64,000 nucleotides of DNA from the NCBI GenBank assembly GCA_014323795.1, contig JACONK010000026.1:4475-68474 (forward strand), read 5' to 3'. Origin of the DNA: Paracoccaceae bacterium (GTDB taxonomy: Bacteria; Pseudomonadota; Alphaproteobacteria; Rhodobacterales; Rhodobacteraceae). The notes under the pieces are model-generated. The model searched no databases. It was given only the letters and a program-made list of their open reading frames with translations, and was not told the origin of the DNA. Of the stretch, positions 63,297 to 64,000 are shown in pieces (position 1 is the first letter of the stretch; every line of letters starts with the position of its first letter). Both the position numbers and the translations under genes were made by a program.

Positions 63297-63541
63297 TTCT
63301 GCCAACCAAACACATGCGTCCTGAGCGGGCACTCCTTACCGTGGGGGCGGATATTCTTGCCCTTCTCAGCCGCCATCCCATGACGGTTTCCGGGGTCTGG
63401 GATGAAGTGCGCAAACAGCGCGGCACACCTGCCAACGTCGCGCCGATCAATTACGAATGGTTCGTTCTGGCCCTTGACCTGCTGTTTATGCTCAAGGCCG
63501 TGACCTTCCGGGATGGCCTGCTGCGGAAGGCAGTGCCATGA
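63293..63541 (+). CDS. ABC three-component middle component (LmuC-type)
   Basis: MILPTKHMRPERALL...YEWFVLALDLLFML; ATGA overlaps on both sides. Confidence 0.78.
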   Translation: MILPTKHMRPERALLTVGADILALLSRHPMTVSGVWDEVRKQRGTPANVAPINYEWFVLALDLLFMLKAVTFRDGLLRKAVP

Positions 63542-64000
63542 TCCATTCCGTCACCAGCGATCTTGAGACTTTCAAAACCCTGACTTTCGGGCCGGGGCTC
63601 AACATCATTCTGGCCGACAAAACCGCTGAATCCACGGATCGGCAAACCCGCAACGGCGCGGGGAAATCCAGTTTTGTCGAACTGATCCATTTCATCTACG
63701 GGGCCAATGCAGGCCCCAAAAGCATTTTTCGGTCGGCGGAACTTGGACCCCATACGTTTGAGGCCAAGGGCGATATTGGCGGGCATGTCGTCACCGTGTC
63801 CCGGTCGGGCGCGAAACCATCCGAGATCAGAATTCAGGGGGCGACGGAACACTGGCCTGTCAGGCCCAAACTGGACAGGAAGACCGGTGATCTGATCCCG
63901 TCCCAAACTAATTATCTGATCCTGTCCCAGACTAATTGGAGACAGGTTCTCGGCGCGCTTCTGTTTGATCTTCGGGCCAGCGAAGAGGCAAGGGGGCGTT
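63538..64000 (+). CDS. SMC-like ABC ATPase (DUF2326-type, LmuB-like), partial at window edge
   Basis: Manual translation MIHSVTSDLETFKTLTFGPGLNIILAD...RNGAGKSSFVELIHF; no stop before 64000. Confidence 0.82.
   Translation, partial: MIHSVTSDLETFKTLTFGPGLNIILADKTAESTDRQTRNGAGKSSFVELIHFIYGANAGPKSIFRSAELGPHTFEAKGDIGGHVVTVSRSGAKPSEIRIQGATEHWPVRPKLDRKTGDLIPSQTNYLILSQTNWRQVLGALLFDLRASEEARGR
63890..63937 (+). repeat. Degenerate in-frame 24-bp tandem duplication
   Basis: ATCTGATCCCGTCCCAAACTAATT / ATCTGATCCTGTCCCAGACTAATT (22/24); LIPSQTNY-LILSQTNW. Confidence 0.85.

Overview
Chromosomal window (about 60% GC by eye) of an alphaproteobacterium. Gene content and order point to Rhodobacteraceae (inference). 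Most of it is core genome: pyc (partial), uvrD, tupBC, mrp, rpmG, a GcvT-family oxidoreductase, dapE, nhaA, rnr, petABC, recO, split mnmC/mnmD-like genes, slt, dapA, smpB, sseA, tyrB, rpsM-rpsK-rpoA-rplQ, rarA-crcB-rluA-atp12-aapJQMP, rnpA-rpmH, dgcN-dgcA, radA-cvpA-purF. Accessory material: an RTX gene remnant, a Type III R-M pair after rplQ whose Mod carries apparent lesions, a frameshifted lipoprotein, and a defence island at the right edge. The island holds DUF4411 + XRE/IrrE-type peptidase, a resolvase stub and a Lamassu-like ABC three-component operon that runs off the window. Most notable unannotated signals: (1) a candidate ~140-nt three-hairpin sRNA with anti-Shine-Dalgarno loops upstream of a DUF1127 gene, where both units share a near-identical LysR-box/-10 promoter layout; (2) a Lamassu-like effector broken by an exact 13-bp tandem duplication and facing an HTH-metallopeptidase/PIN pair; (3) a 99-bp, 85%-identical echo of petB in the intergenic region before dapE; (4) slippage-type lesions found only in accessory genes. 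No tRNA, rRNA or CRISPR array was seen. All family assignments are motif recognition by eye; no searches were run.
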